Counted from the first letter of the stretch, positions 40,229-49,773 are shown. The stretch: DNA of 64,000 bases from Longimicrobiales bacterium (GCA_963664435.2 CAXXKM010000001.1:1184001-1248000), one strand, 5' to 3'. Made by a program: numbers and translations. Notes: generated from the sequence alone by a model not told the origin.

Positions 40229-40780
40229 TCAGCCGCCCCCGCCCCTCATGGTAGTGACCTCGATCAGCCCGTTGGGGAAGCCGGTTCCCCAGCGCATGGT
40301 GGCGTCCGCGGCGCTGTGAAAGCGAACCGACTGGACCTGGTCGGGGCGCAGAGAGTCCAGGATCCCCCAGTCCTGCGGAGCGCCGCCATCCAAGACGACG
40401 GGTACCCGGCGGTCACCCCCGAACTCGATGCTTGGCGCGCCGCGCACGTTCATCCACCGGGGCCGCAGCTGACGGATCGCGTCGGCGAGCATCATGGTGG
40501 AGTAGTTCGCGAGTTCCTGGGCCAGGATCACGCTCGGATCGCGCCGGACATTGCGGTCGCACAAGTGGTCGAGTTCCTCCGCCGAGAGAACGCTGGCTTC
40601 GGATGCGCCCGGCGCGTCGGCCACTGGACTGTCGGCGGCGCACACCTGCGCCAGCTGGTCGCCCGTAAGGGTCTCGCGCAGCTCACGCACGGCCGGGGTG
40701 TCGCCGGGGGTGCTGACGCACGCCTGGGCAAGCATGATGAGCGACACCGCAATCAAGGGGTTCAGTGCTGTTCGTCGCAT
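40229..40780 (-). CDS. Lipoprotein with stand-alone TonB-plug-like domain
   Basis: RBS GGAGG; lipobox LAQAC; DAIRQLRPRW, VVLDG, LDSLRPDQVQSVRFHSAADATMRWGTGFPNGLIEVTT. Confidence 0.7.
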   Translation of the reverse strand: MRRTALNPLIAVSLIMLAQACVSTPGDTPAVRELRETLTGDQLAQVCAADSPVADAPGASEASVLSAEELDHLCDRNVRRDPSVILAQELANYSTMMLADAIRQLRPRWMNVRGAPSIEFGGDRRVPVVLDGGAPQDWGILDSLRPDQVQSVRFHSAADATMRWGTGFPNGLIEVTTMRGGGG

Positions 40781-40948
40781 GGTGCTTGCCTCCATCACGG
40801 GGTTCCGGTACCTGGGTCCATCCTTCGCGAGATGCGCTTGTCCAGACAACCCCTGTGGCACACCGGGGCACACGCGCCTTCTCGTACTACCGGTGCGCCC
40901 GGTCAGGGGTCCAACCGCACGCGAGCCTGGAGCCGATTGCCAGACCGG

Positions 40949-41419
40949 CTACCCTGTCGCGCGAGCCCGGAATGGGCGATGGCAGCCGCCGCACGTACGG
41001 CCCAGACCCGCGGCCGCGTCACCGACGCCCGTCATGTCACCTGCTCGGGCCGCTTCGGCCAGCGCGTCGGCAGCGCTCTGGAAAGCCGAGAGAGCCTCTC
41101 CGAAGCCGGCGGCATCCTCCCATATGTCCGGAAGTGCACGCGAACCCTCGCCGAGGGACCCCGCGGGGAAGATGTCGGACGCCATCGCCGACAGTTGCTG
41201 CAGCGAGAGCGCGTGTCCCAGGACATGGCCCTGATGCGGCACATCCTCGTTCAGGATGGCGGTGAGGGCCCCCCGGTGCGCCCCGAGGCTGTTCATGATG
41301 GTCTGACGGTACTCCATGTCCGGAGTCGGGTCCTGCGCCGCCACGCGGGCGGGGGCCAACCCGGCGACGATGCAAGCGGCGAGAGCGGTGCGGGTTACGA
41401 CTGCATACGAGCGGGCCAC
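40949..41419 (-). CDS. Cytochrome c' (class II cytochrome c)
   Basis: RBS GGAGGAGG plus GTG; signal peptide; YRQTIM, SRALPDIWED, C-terminal CGGCH..FR. Confidence 0.88.
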   Translation of the reverse strand: MARSYAVVTRTALAACIVAGLAPARVAAQDPTPDMEYRQTIMNSLGAHRGALTAILNEDVPHQGHVLGHALSLQQLSAMASDIFPAGSLGEGSRALPDIWEDAAGFGEALSAFQSAADALAEAARAGDMTGVGDAAAGLGRTCGGCHRPFRARATG

Positions 41420-41614
41420 GGCGTTTCCTCCTCCCCGAAGAATGAGACCCGGAGGCACCCGTGAAGCGACCACCCGGGCGGGTTCGAGCGCGTTGTCACG
41501 AAACCCTAGATAGATCGCCGGGGGCGTCGGCGCAAGGGAGGACGGCGAGCCGACCTGGGCCTGGAAGCGTACGTGGCCGCTTGACGCACCCGTCAGGCCG
41601 TGGGCCCGTCCGAG

Positions 41615-42319
41615 CTACCGGTCCATGCCCGACGCCTCATCGGTCGCCGCCATGCTTCCGTCCAGATACCCGCCGAAGGTTTCGTTGAACGCTCCCGGGA
41701 AGAATTCTCCGGTCACGATCGACGCCCGGGTGGGGTCTCCGTCCACCACCACGATGTTCAGCGGCGTGCCCCACTTGCGCGGATCCAGGAGAGCCTTGCG
41801 CATGCGGAAGTGCGAAGTGGTGACCCGCACCAGGTCCTCGTCGTCAGGATCGGGATTGGGACTGCCCAGGATGACCGGGTATTCGATGCCGAACTCGTCG
41901 ACGTACTCGGCCACCACATCGGGGTGGGAGTATTCGCTGCGCCCGATGATCATCAGACCGTCGTCCCGGTGCACGCCGTACTTCGAGACCAGGTCGGGGG
42001 CCTCGTAGCGGCAGTTGGCGCACCACTCGGCGAAGTAGGTCAGGAGGGTGACGCGATTCCCGCGCACCACGTCCTCGAGGTCGATCTCCTTTCCGTCCCT
42101 CGAAGTGCCGGAGAAATCACGGCGCAGGACTTCCCAGGGCACCAGGTGGTCGCCGCCAGCTCCGGCCACCTCCGCGGTCAGGTCGATCGCGACCACCGGC
42201 GAGTATTCGTGCGGGTGAGGCGCCGCCGCCTCTTCCACGGGAGCCGCGGGATTCATCACCAGCCAGCCGCCGCCGGCCAGGACCAGCAACGCTACCGCTG
42301 AAACGATCCATCTCGTCAT
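41615..42319 (-). CDS. Membrane-anchored TlpA-like thioredoxin (redoxin)
   Basis: RBS AGGAGG; N-terminal TM segment; FAEWCANCRYEAPDL; WGTP cis-Pro motif. Confidence 0.82.
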   Translation of the reverse strand: MTRWIVSAVALLVLAGGGWLVMNPAAPVEEAAAPHPHEYSPVVAIDLTAEVAGAGGDHLVPWEVLRRDFSGTSRDGKEIDLEDVVRGNRVTLLTYFAEWCANCRYEAPDLVSKYGVHRDDGLMIIGRSEYSHPDVVAEYVDEFGIEYPVILGSPNPDPDDEDLVRVTTSHFRMRKALLDPRKWGTPLNIVVVDGDPTRASIVTGEFFPGAFNETFGGYLDGSMAATDEASGMDR

Positions 42320-42368
42320 CGGAACCTTCCTCCTTCGGGGATTGCCTGAATCCGGTTCTCGGCAAGGG

Positions 42369-42408
42369 AAAACAAAAAACGCCCGCCAGCCGGGTCGCTG
42401 GTCGGGCC
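42369..42408 (-). terminator. Intrinsic-terminator-like hairpin about 50 nt upstream of the TlpA-like start
   Basis: Minus strand GCCCGACCAGC gacccg GCTGGCGGGC GTTTTTTGTTTT. Confidence 0.65.
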
Positions 42409-42573
42409 TCCGAGCATCCTCTGCCGATCGTGAGGGAGCTACATGGGTCGGCCCGCCCGACCCCGCATCGGGGTGTAGCATGGACACGAGCAGACCTCGA
42501 CGACGGACTGCTGCCCGCCGTGGCGTCGCGTATCTTCGTTGTGGCTCCGGATTGCGTACATTGCGAACCGGGG

Positions 42574-42627
42574 TTTGTGAGCGGGATTGCTCGGCCAACG
42601 TTTTGTGAGCGGGACTGCTCGGCCAAC
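42574..42627. repeat. Tandem 26-nt direct repeat (2 copies, 1 mismatch, 28-nt period)
   Basis: TTTGTGAGCGGGA(T/C)TGCTCGGCCAAC at 42574 and 42602. Confidence 0.85.
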
Positions 42628-42812
42628 CTCGCAAGACCCAAAATGAACCTGAACCGGGGATCGCGCAACGGCGGCCCCGGGAGTGCCGGTCGCCCGAACA
42701 CGGGAATACCTTCTTGAAGCGACAGATTCCGACCGGCACCAGGGGCTCGGCAGCGAATGCCCGCTTCAGAGCTGCGGTGGCACTTGCAGCCCATGGACCG
42801 GCTTCCCCCGGC

Positions 42813-45152
42813 ATGGGAGCGCGCGGATTCGTCCGGGGACTGCTGGCGGTATTCGGCCTCCTGCCCGGCGTACTCGCGGCACAGACCGGCGGCGTGGAAG
42901 GAAGGATCCTCGATCCGGACGGGCCGCCCGTCTTCGCCGCCAACCTCATGGTCGCCCTCCAGGCGACGCCGGACCAGGTCGAGCGCATCGCTGAATCGGA
43001 TCGCTTCGGCTACTTCCGGATCGAGAGTCTGCTTCCGGGGCAGTATCTTCTGCGTGTCGAGCGAATCGGATACGGAGAGGTCGTCCAGCCGGTCGAAATC
43101 GTCGCCGGCCGGCGCATCGAGATCGACGTCACGCTGACCGCCTCCCCGGTCGAGCTGGAGGGCATCTCCGTCAGCACGGCGGAAACCCGCGAGCGCAGCC
43201 GCTTCCTGGAAACCGCGGGCGTCACGGTGCGCGAGATCTCGCAGGCGGAGCTGCGTCTCGTGCCCGGACTCGCCGAAGCGGATCCGATCAGGGCCGTCGA
43301 GGTTCTGCCCGGGGTGGTGTCCACCTCCGACTTCACGGCGTCCTTCAACGTGCGCGGCGGCTCCGCGGATCAGAACCTGATCCTGCTGGACGGCGTGCCC
43401 ATCTTCAACCCGTTCCACCTGGGCGGCATCTTCTCGGTCTTCAACGCCGACATGGTGGGGCGGGTCGAGCTGAGCTCGGGCGGCTTCCCCGCCGAGCATG
43501 GCGGACGGGTGTCGTCGCTGCTGCTCGTCGAGAGCGACCCCGGGCCCGATGACTTCAGCGTCCGGGGCGGCGTGTCGCTGCTCGCGGCGCGGGCCGCTCT
43601 CGGAGGCAGGGCACCCGCGGTGATGGAGCAGACGCTCGGGCTCCAGCGTCTCAAATGGCGAGCTTCCGGCCGGCGCTCCTGGTTCGACCAGCTGCCGAGG
43701 TCGGTCCCCTATCACCTCACGGACTTCCAGGGCGTGGTGGAAGGGTGGACGCCCGGCGGAAGCCGCATCCTGATCACGGCCTACACGGGCGACGACGTCT
43801 TCAACCTCACCGAAGTGGACGAGGACGACGAGGATGGTTTTCCCCTGCGCGCGGCCTGGGAATGGGGCAACGACCTCATCGGGGTGCGCTGGACCATGCC
43901 TCGCCGCGACGGCGGAGCCCTCGACGTGCGCGCGGGCTACACCCGCTTCAACTCCGCCCTGGCCTTCCCCGATTTCTCGGATACCGAGTTCAGCAGCGGC
44001 ATCTCGCAGCTGTCGATGGGAGCTGAACTCGAACACGCCGTGGGTCGCCAGTGGACGTTCAAGAGCGGGATTTCGGCGGACCGCATGACGCACCTCAACC
44101 TGGTCCGGGCTGGGGGCACCCAATTCACCGACAACTCGGGCAAGGGATGGCTGGGAGGCGTCTTCGCGCATGCCGAGTGGAGGGGCGGGCTGGCCTGGCT
44201 GGTCGAAGCCGGAGTGCGCGCGGACCGCTGGGGACCCACCGTGAGCGATCCCATCAACCAGCTGGCCCCGAGGTTCGCGGTGAAGCGGTTCCTCCGCGGC
44301 GGCGACATCGCAGTGAAGGCCGCGGCAGGGCGCTTCACCCAGTTTCTGCATTCGGCACGTGACGACGAAGTGCCCATCGGCATCGATGTGTGGGTGCTCT
44401 CCGGCCACCTGGCGCCCCACATCGCTTCCGACCAGGCCCAGGTGGGGGTCGACGCATACTTCCCGGGAGGGTGGTTTGCGTCGCTGGAAGTCTACGAGCG
44501 GTTCTTCGACGGCGTGACCACCTTCAACCCGGTCGACGACCCGAACCGGGGCGACGACGACCTCTTGCCCGGCAGCGGCCGGTCGCGCGGGCTCGACTTG
44601 TTCCTGCGCAAGACCGGAGAGGGCCTGACCGGCTGGGTGTCCGCTTCGTGGCTGCGCGCCACCCGCACCTTCCCGAACTACCTGAGCGGCCGGCAGCCCC
44701 CACCCGACCACACCTACCCCCCGATCTTCGACCGCCGGCTGGACCTGGACGTCGTCCTGCGGATTCCCATGCCCGCAGGCTTGCGTGGCGGAGTGCGCTG
44801 GAACCTGGGGACAGGGTTGCCCTACACCCGCCCCCTGGCCTCGTTCACGTACTTCTCTCCGCAGAACGTGTCCGGCGGGCGGCTTACGATGCAGGACGAC
44901 GAAGCCAATGCCATGTTGCTCGGCCCCCGCAACGAGACCCGCTACCCGGCGTATCACCGCCTCGACCTGAGCATGCGCCGAACCTTCACCTTCGGCTGGG
45001 GCACGCTCACGCCCCACCTCGACGTGCTCAACGTCTACAACCGCAAAAACGTCCTCTTCTACTTCTTCGACTATTCCGCGGACACGGCGACCCGCTCCGG
45101 CCTGTCAATGTTCCCGATTCTGCCCACGGTAGGGGTGGAGGTGACGTTCTGA
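42813..45152 (+). CDS. TonB-dependent receptor (start may be as early as 42714)
   Basis: Signal peptide; LPGVVS, FNVRGGSADQNLILLDGVPIFNPFHLGG plug; YPAYHRLDLS, LNVYNRKN; terminal Phe. Confidence 0.88.
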   Translation: MGARGFVRGLLAVFGLLPGVLAAQTGGVEGRILDPDGPPVFAANLMVALQATPDQVERIAESDRFGYFRIESLLPGQYLLRVERIGYGEVVQPVEIVAGRRIEIDVTLTASPVELEGISVSTAETRERSRFLETAGVTVREISQAELRLVPGLAEADPIRAVEVLPGVVSTSDFTASFNVRGGSADQNLILLDGVPIFNPFHLGGIFSVFNADMVGRVELSSGGFPAEHGGRVSSLLLVESDPGPDDFSVRGGVSLLAARAALGGRAPAVMEQTLGLQRLKWRASGRRSWFDQLPRSVPYHLTDFQGVVEGWTPGGSRILITAYTGDDVFNLTEVDEDDEDGFPLRAAWEWGNDLIGVRWTMPRRDGGALDVRAGYTRFNSALAFPDFSDTEFSSGISQLSMGAELEHAVGRQWTFKSGISADRMTHLNLVRAGGTQFTDNSGKGWLGGVFAHAEWRGGLAWLVEAGVRADRWGPTVSDPINQLAPRFAVKRFLRGGDIAVKAAAGRFTQFLHSARDDEVPIGIDVWVLSGHLAPHIASDQAQVGVDAYFPGGWFASLEVYERFFDGVTTFNPVDDPNRGDDDLLPGSGRSRGLDLFLRKTGEGLTGWVSASWLRATRTFPNYLSGRQPPPDHTYPPIFDRRLDLDVVLRIPMPAGLRGGVRWNLGTGLPYTRPLASFTYFSPQNVSGGRLTMQDDEANAMLLGPRNETRYPAYHRLDLSMRRTFTFGWGTLTPHLDVLNVYNRKNVLFYFFDYSADTATRSGLSMFPILPTVGVEVTF

Positions 45153-46105
45153 TGAATCCCCGCGGCTTCGGCATCCCCTGCGCGCTGGCAGCCCTTCTGG
45201 TGTCGGTCGCGGCGTGCGAAATCCAGGAGATCACCGTGGCGCAGTCCGAGGACGTGGTCGTCGCCGAGATCTACCTCTCCTCCGATATCGACGGTGTCTC
45301 CGGCAGTGCGTGGATTCACCGGACGCTGGGGAGTGCCGGCTCGACGCGGGAGCTGTCCTCCGCGGATGTGTTCCTGCGCGCGGAATCGCGCGTCTCCACC
45401 GTTCGCCTCCGTCCTTCCGACCTTTCCTCCTGTGCCGGCGACGAGCTTCCGGCGGACTTCCCGGGATCGTGTTACTTCGTGGGACCGCTCGATCCCCGCC
45501 ACTTCGGGCCGGGTTCGCTCGTGGAAGCGATCATTCGTCTGCCCGACGGAGGCCGCATCACGGGACAGACGCGCGTTCCGGGACCCTACGAACTTCGGAG
45601 CCCGCGCATCAATCGCCGCCGGATGTGCTCGCTGAAACCGGCCCGGCGCCTCACTGTGGAATGGACCCGCGCCGAAGGGGCGTGGGCCTACATTTCCGAG
45701 ACGCAGATCATCAACCTCACGGCAGCGCTCGAGGACACCAACATCGAGGTGGAGGAAGATCCGCTGCTCCTGGTGGGGCTGTCCGTATCGGAAGCGGATA
45801 CCACGATCGTATTCCCCTCCGAATTCGGCCTGTTCGACCGCCCCAACCTGGGGCGCGATCTGGCATTGGTCTTACAGGAGGGACTACCTTTCGGGACGCA
45901 GGCGGAAGTAGTGATCGCGGCCGCCGACCGCAACTACGTCAACTGGGTACGGCGCGGGGCCTTCAACCCGTCGGGCATCGTTCGCGTTCCCAGCCTGCAC
46001 GGGGACGGTACGGGTGTATTCGGGTCGGTCGTGCGCCAGCGCTTTACGGTCGATGCAGGTCTGGACCTCCCGACGCCGGGACCCTGCGAGCCTGCGGAGC
46101 CGTAG
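45152..46105 (+). CDS. Lipoprotein partner of the TonB receptor (DUF4249-like, tentative)
   Basis: TGATG stop/start overlap; lipobox VAAC-E; C-terminal PSLHGDGTGVFGS. Confidence 0.7.
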   Translation: MNPRGFGIPCALAALLVSVAACEIQEITVAQSEDVVVAEIYLSSDIDGVSGSAWIHRTLGSAGSTRELSSADVFLRAESRVSTVRLRPSDLSSCAGDELPADFPGSCYFVGPLDPRHFGPGSLVEAIIRLPDGGRITGQTRVPGPYELRSPRINRRRMCSLKPARRLTVEWTRAEGAWAYISETQIINLTAALEDTNIEVEEDPLLLVGLSVSEADTTIVFPSEFGLFDRPNLGRDLALVLQEGLPFGTQAEVVIAAADRNYVNWVRRGAFNPSGIVRVPSLHGDGTGVFGSVVRQRFTVDAGLDLPTPGPCEPAEP

Positions 46106-46180
46106 AATGGTGGCGAGGCCGGGACATCCTTTCGCATCCCCCTCCCCTGTCCGCAACGCGAGGTACGAGAAGAGAAGACC

Positions 46181-47287
46181 ATGGCGAACATCATCATCCC
46201 TCCCCGATGGCGTATTTCGGACGCGCATGCGACCCCCCGGGAGGTGTATCTGCGGCGTCGCGAATTCGTGCGCACCCTGGGTCTCGGCGTGGCCGCGCTG
46301 GGATCGGCCGCGTGCGGCTCCAAGTTCATCGCGAACGAGGAAGATCCCGTCGAGCCGGATCCGCCGCCGGATCCCACGGATCCCACGGATCCCACCCAGC
46401 CCGTAACCCCGCCGGATGCCGACCCGCCCACGTGCGACGACAATCCGCCGCGAAACCCGTTGCACACCATCTGCGCCTCTCCCAACGCCGACCTTTATCC
46501 GGCGGAGCGGAACACCACCTATACCCTGGGCTCGCGCGCGATCACCGACCGCAACATCACGTCGACCTACAACAACTACTACGAGTTCATGCAGAGGGCC
46601 GGGAGCATGTGGAGGCTGACGGGCCCGTTGCAGGTACGTCCGTGGACGGTGACCTTGTCCGGGCTGTGCAACGCGCCCGCCACCTGGGACATCGACGAAC
46701 TCGAGCGCCTGTTCGGCATCGAAGAGCGCCTCTACCGCCTGCGCTGCGTCGAGACCTGGTCGATCGCCGTGCCCTGGAGCGGTTACCCGCTGAGCAAGCT
46801 GATCGAACTCGCCGAGCCCCTGTCGTCGGCCAGGTATGTCGCCTTCCGCAGCTTCCACCGGCCCGACGAGGCGATCGGGCAGGAAAGCGGTTCGCATTGG
46901 CCGTGGCCCTACTACGAAGCGCTGCGGCTCGACGAGGCCATGAACGACCTCGCCTTCGTGGTGACGGGCGCCTACGGCGAGCCGCTGCCCAAGCAGAACG
47001 GGGCGCCGCTGCGACTCGCGCTTCCCTGGAAGTACGGCTACAAGAGCGCGAAAGCCTTCCTGGAGGTGGAGTTCACGGAGACGCAGCCCGCGACGTTCTG
47101 GTCGGACTACGCGCCCAACCAATACGGCTTCTACTCCAACGTCAATCCGGACGTCGGCACCCCCTGGGCACAGAACAATGAAAGACATCTGCCCAGCAAC
47201 ACCGACCAGCCGACGCAGCTCTTCAACGGCTACGGGGAGTTCGTGGCGGACCTGTACGATCCGGAGCTGCTGACCCGCGTGAGCTAG
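46181..47287 (+). CDS. msrP: MsrP (YedY)-family molybdoenzyme, protein-methionine-sulfoxide reductase catalytic subunit
   Basis: TPREVYLRRREF Tat motif; YNNYYEF; EERLYRLRCVETWS (Mo-ligand Cys); WPYYEALRLDEAMN; LPKQNGAPLRLALPWKYGYKSAK; YGFYSNVNP; TQLFNGY. Confidence 0.9.
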   Translation: MANIIIPPRWRISDAHATPREVYLRRREFVRTLGLGVAALGSAACGSKFIANEEDPVEPDPPPDPTDPTDPTQPVTPPDADPPTCDDNPPRNPLHTICASPNADLYPAERNTTYTLGSRAITDRNITSTYNNYYEFMQRAGSMWRLTGPLQVRPWTVTLSGLCNAPATWDIDELERLFGIEERLYRLRCVETWSIAVPWSGYPLSKLIELAEPLSSARYVAFRSFHRPDEAIGQESGSHWPWPYYEALRLDEAMNDLAFVVTGAYGEPLPKQNGAPLRLALPWKYGYKSAKAFLEVEFTETQPATFWSDYAPNQYGFYSNVNPDVGTPWAQNNERHLPSNTDQPTQLFNGYGEFVADLYDPELLTRVS

Positions 47288-47369
47288 CCGGGACGCGCCA
47301 GCCCCGCAGCGGCAGGAGACAGCTCGTCAGGAAGGGTGCGAACGGCCTCTCCGCGAAGAAACGGGTGCC

Positions 47370-48227
47370 CTACAGGGAGAGGCGGGTGAAGTAGCCCACC
47401 ACAATCTCGGGGCCAGTGGCGAGGTTCTGGCCCGACAGGGGCAGCCGGGATCCCAGTTCCACCTGCCCGGGACCCGCGGTCACCAGCAGCGAGGGATAGA
47501 GCCGCACCATCTCGCGCTCCTGTCCCTCCCCCGTGAGTCCTCCGAAGCTGGGAACGCCGCCGTACCACCCCTCGAACTGGACCTTGAAGCCGAGCGGTTC
47601 GCCGCCTCCGCCCAGGCTCACGTTGAAGAAGCGCTCGTCGCCGAAGTCGCCGCCGGTTTCCTGGGCCTCGCGCCATCGGTAGCCGGCCCAGGCCTGCAGG
47701 TAGAAGGGACGCGGCCAGAAGGAGTGTCCCACCTCCGCCAGCACTTCCCAGTCGCGCTGCCCATCGCCCAGCGGAATAAGGTCGGTGCCCGACTCGAAGT
47801 CGGTGGGAAGCTTGGTGCCCGCGCGGATGGCGAAGGGGAAGTCGCTGCCCACAAGCCGCAGCGGAGCCGTGCGCACGTACACGCGGGTATCGCCGAATCC
47901 CCACGAAATGCGGGTGCCTTCAAGGTCGGCGAACTCGAGGCGGTGATAGGACGGCTGAACCCAGATGTCCACGCCGGGCGCGATGCCCATCGCAACCGTC
48001 AGGAAGGAGGACGCGGTCTGCGCGTGACCGTCCAGAACGAAGTTGCGGACTTCGCCCGTGGGGCTGAACTGCTCCCGCGTATCCAGATAGTACATGGCGA
48101 ACGAGGCCCACCCCTGGCGCTCGGGTTCGATCCACTGTCCATATCCCGGCGAGGCAATGAGCGAGAGCGAGAAGGCGGCCAGCGCAAGTCCGCGGCAGAT
48201 CGCCGGGGCGCGTTTCTGTTGAGTCAT
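47370..48227 (-). CDS. Secreted, putative outer-membrane beta-barrel hypothetical protein (paralog 1)
   Basis: Signal peptide; alternating amphipathic strands; GFGD..., PLGDGQRDWE; similar to the adjacent gene. Confidence 0.7.
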   Translation of the reverse strand: MTQQKRAPAICRGLALAAFSLSLIASPGYGQWIEPERQGWASFAMYYLDTREQFSPTGEVRNFVLDGHAQTASSFLTVAMGIAPGVDIWVQPSYHRLEFADLEGTRISWGFGDTRVYVRTAPLRLVGSDFPFAIRAGTKLPTDFESGTDLIPLGDGQRDWEVLAEVGHSFWPRPFYLQAWAGYRWREAQETGGDFGDERFFNVSLGGGGEPLGFKVQFEGWYGGVPSFGGLTGEGQEREMVRLYPSLLVTAGPGQVELGSRLPLSGQNLATGPEIVVGYFTRLSL

Positions 48228-48352
48228 GGCGTATCGTCGGAAGCTGTTTCAGGAGCGGAACGCTCGACCAGGTCGCGCTCGACCGAGTGAGGAGGCCGCT
48301 TGTCGGCTTTGGGCGATGGACGGGCACAATCCGTGCCGCCATCCATGCCGGA

Positions 48353-49252
48353 TCACGTCTGCGGTCGTAACCTTACAAAATAGCCGATCACCAGCGTGTT
48401 GCCAGCCGGCAGGTTGGTGCCCCGCACCGGAATCTGTACGCCGGCCTTCGCCGAGCCCGCTCCCAGCCTGTAGTTCAGGGATGGCGTCAGGCGGAGCATC
48501 GAGCGGGACGCGGTGGCGATCGAGAGCCCCTCGATGACCGGGACTCCGCCGTCCCAGCCCTCCGCGATGAGGCTCGCCCCCAGGCGCCCGAACTCGATTC
48601 CCCCCGAGAGCAGGAAGAACACTTCGTCGCCGAAATCCCTCCGCGACTCCACGTTCGCCTCCCGCCAGCGGTGGCCGAGCCAGGCGCTCACATACGCAGG
48701 CAAAGGGTAGAAGGAGTGGCCCAGCTCGAGGACGAGCTCCCAGTCCCTTTGTCCGTCTCCGAGCGGAATGATCTCGGCGTCCACGGCGAAATCGCCGACC
48801 GGGACCTTCGCTCCTCCGCGGACCGCCAGCGGAAACCCGCTCCCGAAGTAGCGGCCGGGCTGAACGCGCAGGTAGAAGCGCGCGTCGCCGATGCCCGTGC
48901 GCAGCCGGTCGCCGGCCAGGTCGTCGAAGCGGAGGCGCTGGTAGGGCACCTGCACCCAGGCGTCGACGCCGGGAAACAGTCCCATCGCGACGGTAGCGAA
49001 GACAGACGTGCTGACGGCGTGCGCTTGCGTGAATGGGTCGAAGGCCGCGATGTCGCCGTCGGAGTGAAAGGCCTCTCGCGTGTCCAGATGGAAGACCGAC
49101 AGGTCCAGCCAGCCTCGGCCGGGCGGCTCGACCCACTGGGCGCCGGCCTCCGGGGCGCGGCCGGGCAGGGTCATGATCACGAAGGCCGCGATGAGCAGAT
49201 CCCGACGGGCGCGGGAGCGAGGGCTGCGGGATGTGGATGGCCGGCTGCGCAT
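48353..49252 (-). CDS. Secreted, putative outer-membrane beta-barrel hypothetical protein (paralog 2)
   Basis: ATG overlaps the upstream TAA; QWVEPPGRGW, GIGD, IPLGDGQRDWE, GHSFYP. Confidence 0.7.
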   Translation of the reverse strand: MRSRPSTSRSPRSRARRDLLIAAFVIMTLPGRAPEAGAQWVEPPGRGWLDLSVFHLDTREAFHSDGDIAAFDPFTQAHAVSTSVFATVAMGLFPGVDAWVQVPYQRLRFDDLAGDRLRTGIGDARFYLRVQPGRYFGSGFPLAVRGGAKVPVGDFAVDAEIIPLGDGQRDWELVLELGHSFYPLPAYVSAWLGHRWREANVESRRDFGDEVFFLLSGGIEFGRLGASLIAEGWDGGVPVIEGLSIATASRSMLRLTPSLNYRLGAGSAKAGVQIPVRGTNLPAGNTLVIGYFVRLRPQT

Positions 49253-49773
49253 TACGGTCCGCTGATCTGCACCGTCACCGTGGCGGACCGCGAATCTCCC
49301 GCCACCGTGGAAACCGTTGCGCGCGCGACGTAGGTGCCCGGTTCGTCGTAGGCGTAGTCGAAGTGGCCGGCCTGCGAGTTGATGTTCACGGGCGCGCCGC
49401 CGCCGTAAATGAACGGGATTGTCTCCACGTCGCCCGTGCCGTATTCCACCATGGTCTGGGACAGGTTGGTGCCCCGCGACTCGTAGCGAAACCGGATCTC
49501 CTGGCCCACGGACGCACTCTCCCGGCTGGCGGTCAGGTCTACCGTCAGGGGCTGGGGCTCCAGAGGCGGGTTCAGGCACGAGACCAAGAGGAGCGCGCAA
49601 GCCCCCGGGACGAGCCCCAAGTGCCGGGGAAACCGCCGGCCCGCGGATCCCCGGAATACCCGCAGGAACCTCGATCCGGGATGGGTCCGGCCGGTGGGTC
49701 TTCCGGCCCCGCGTAGCGTGCTTCCCGCCGGAGCGGCGTCCGTCGTGGAACTGCGTATGGATTGGCTGAACAT
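49252..49773 (-). CDS. Small lipoprotein with PKD/Ig-like domain; start uncertain
   Basis: LLLVSC lipobox; VGQEIRF, EYGTG, YAYDEPGTYVARATV PKD-like pattern. Confidence 0.6.
   Translation of the reverse strand: MFSQSIRSSTTDAAPAGSTLRGAGRPTGRTHPGSRFLRVFRGSAGRRFPRHLGLVPGACALLLVSCLNPPLEPQPLTVDLTASRESASVGQEIRFRYESRGTNLSQTMVEYGTGDVETIPFIYGGGAPVNINSQAGHFDYAYDEPGTYVARATVSTVAGDSRSATVTVQISGP

Noticed and set aside
42420..42480. SRP RNA or a known riboswitch (c-di-GMP, SAH, ZTP, fluoride)
   Set aside because: Diagnostic cores such as the SRP GGAAG/AGCAG loop were not found by eye; kept only as an unclassified candidate
42574..42627. Mini-CRISPR array or vector lacO contamination
   Set aside because: Only two copies with a 2-nt gap, no spacers or cas genes; the match to lacO covers only a half-site
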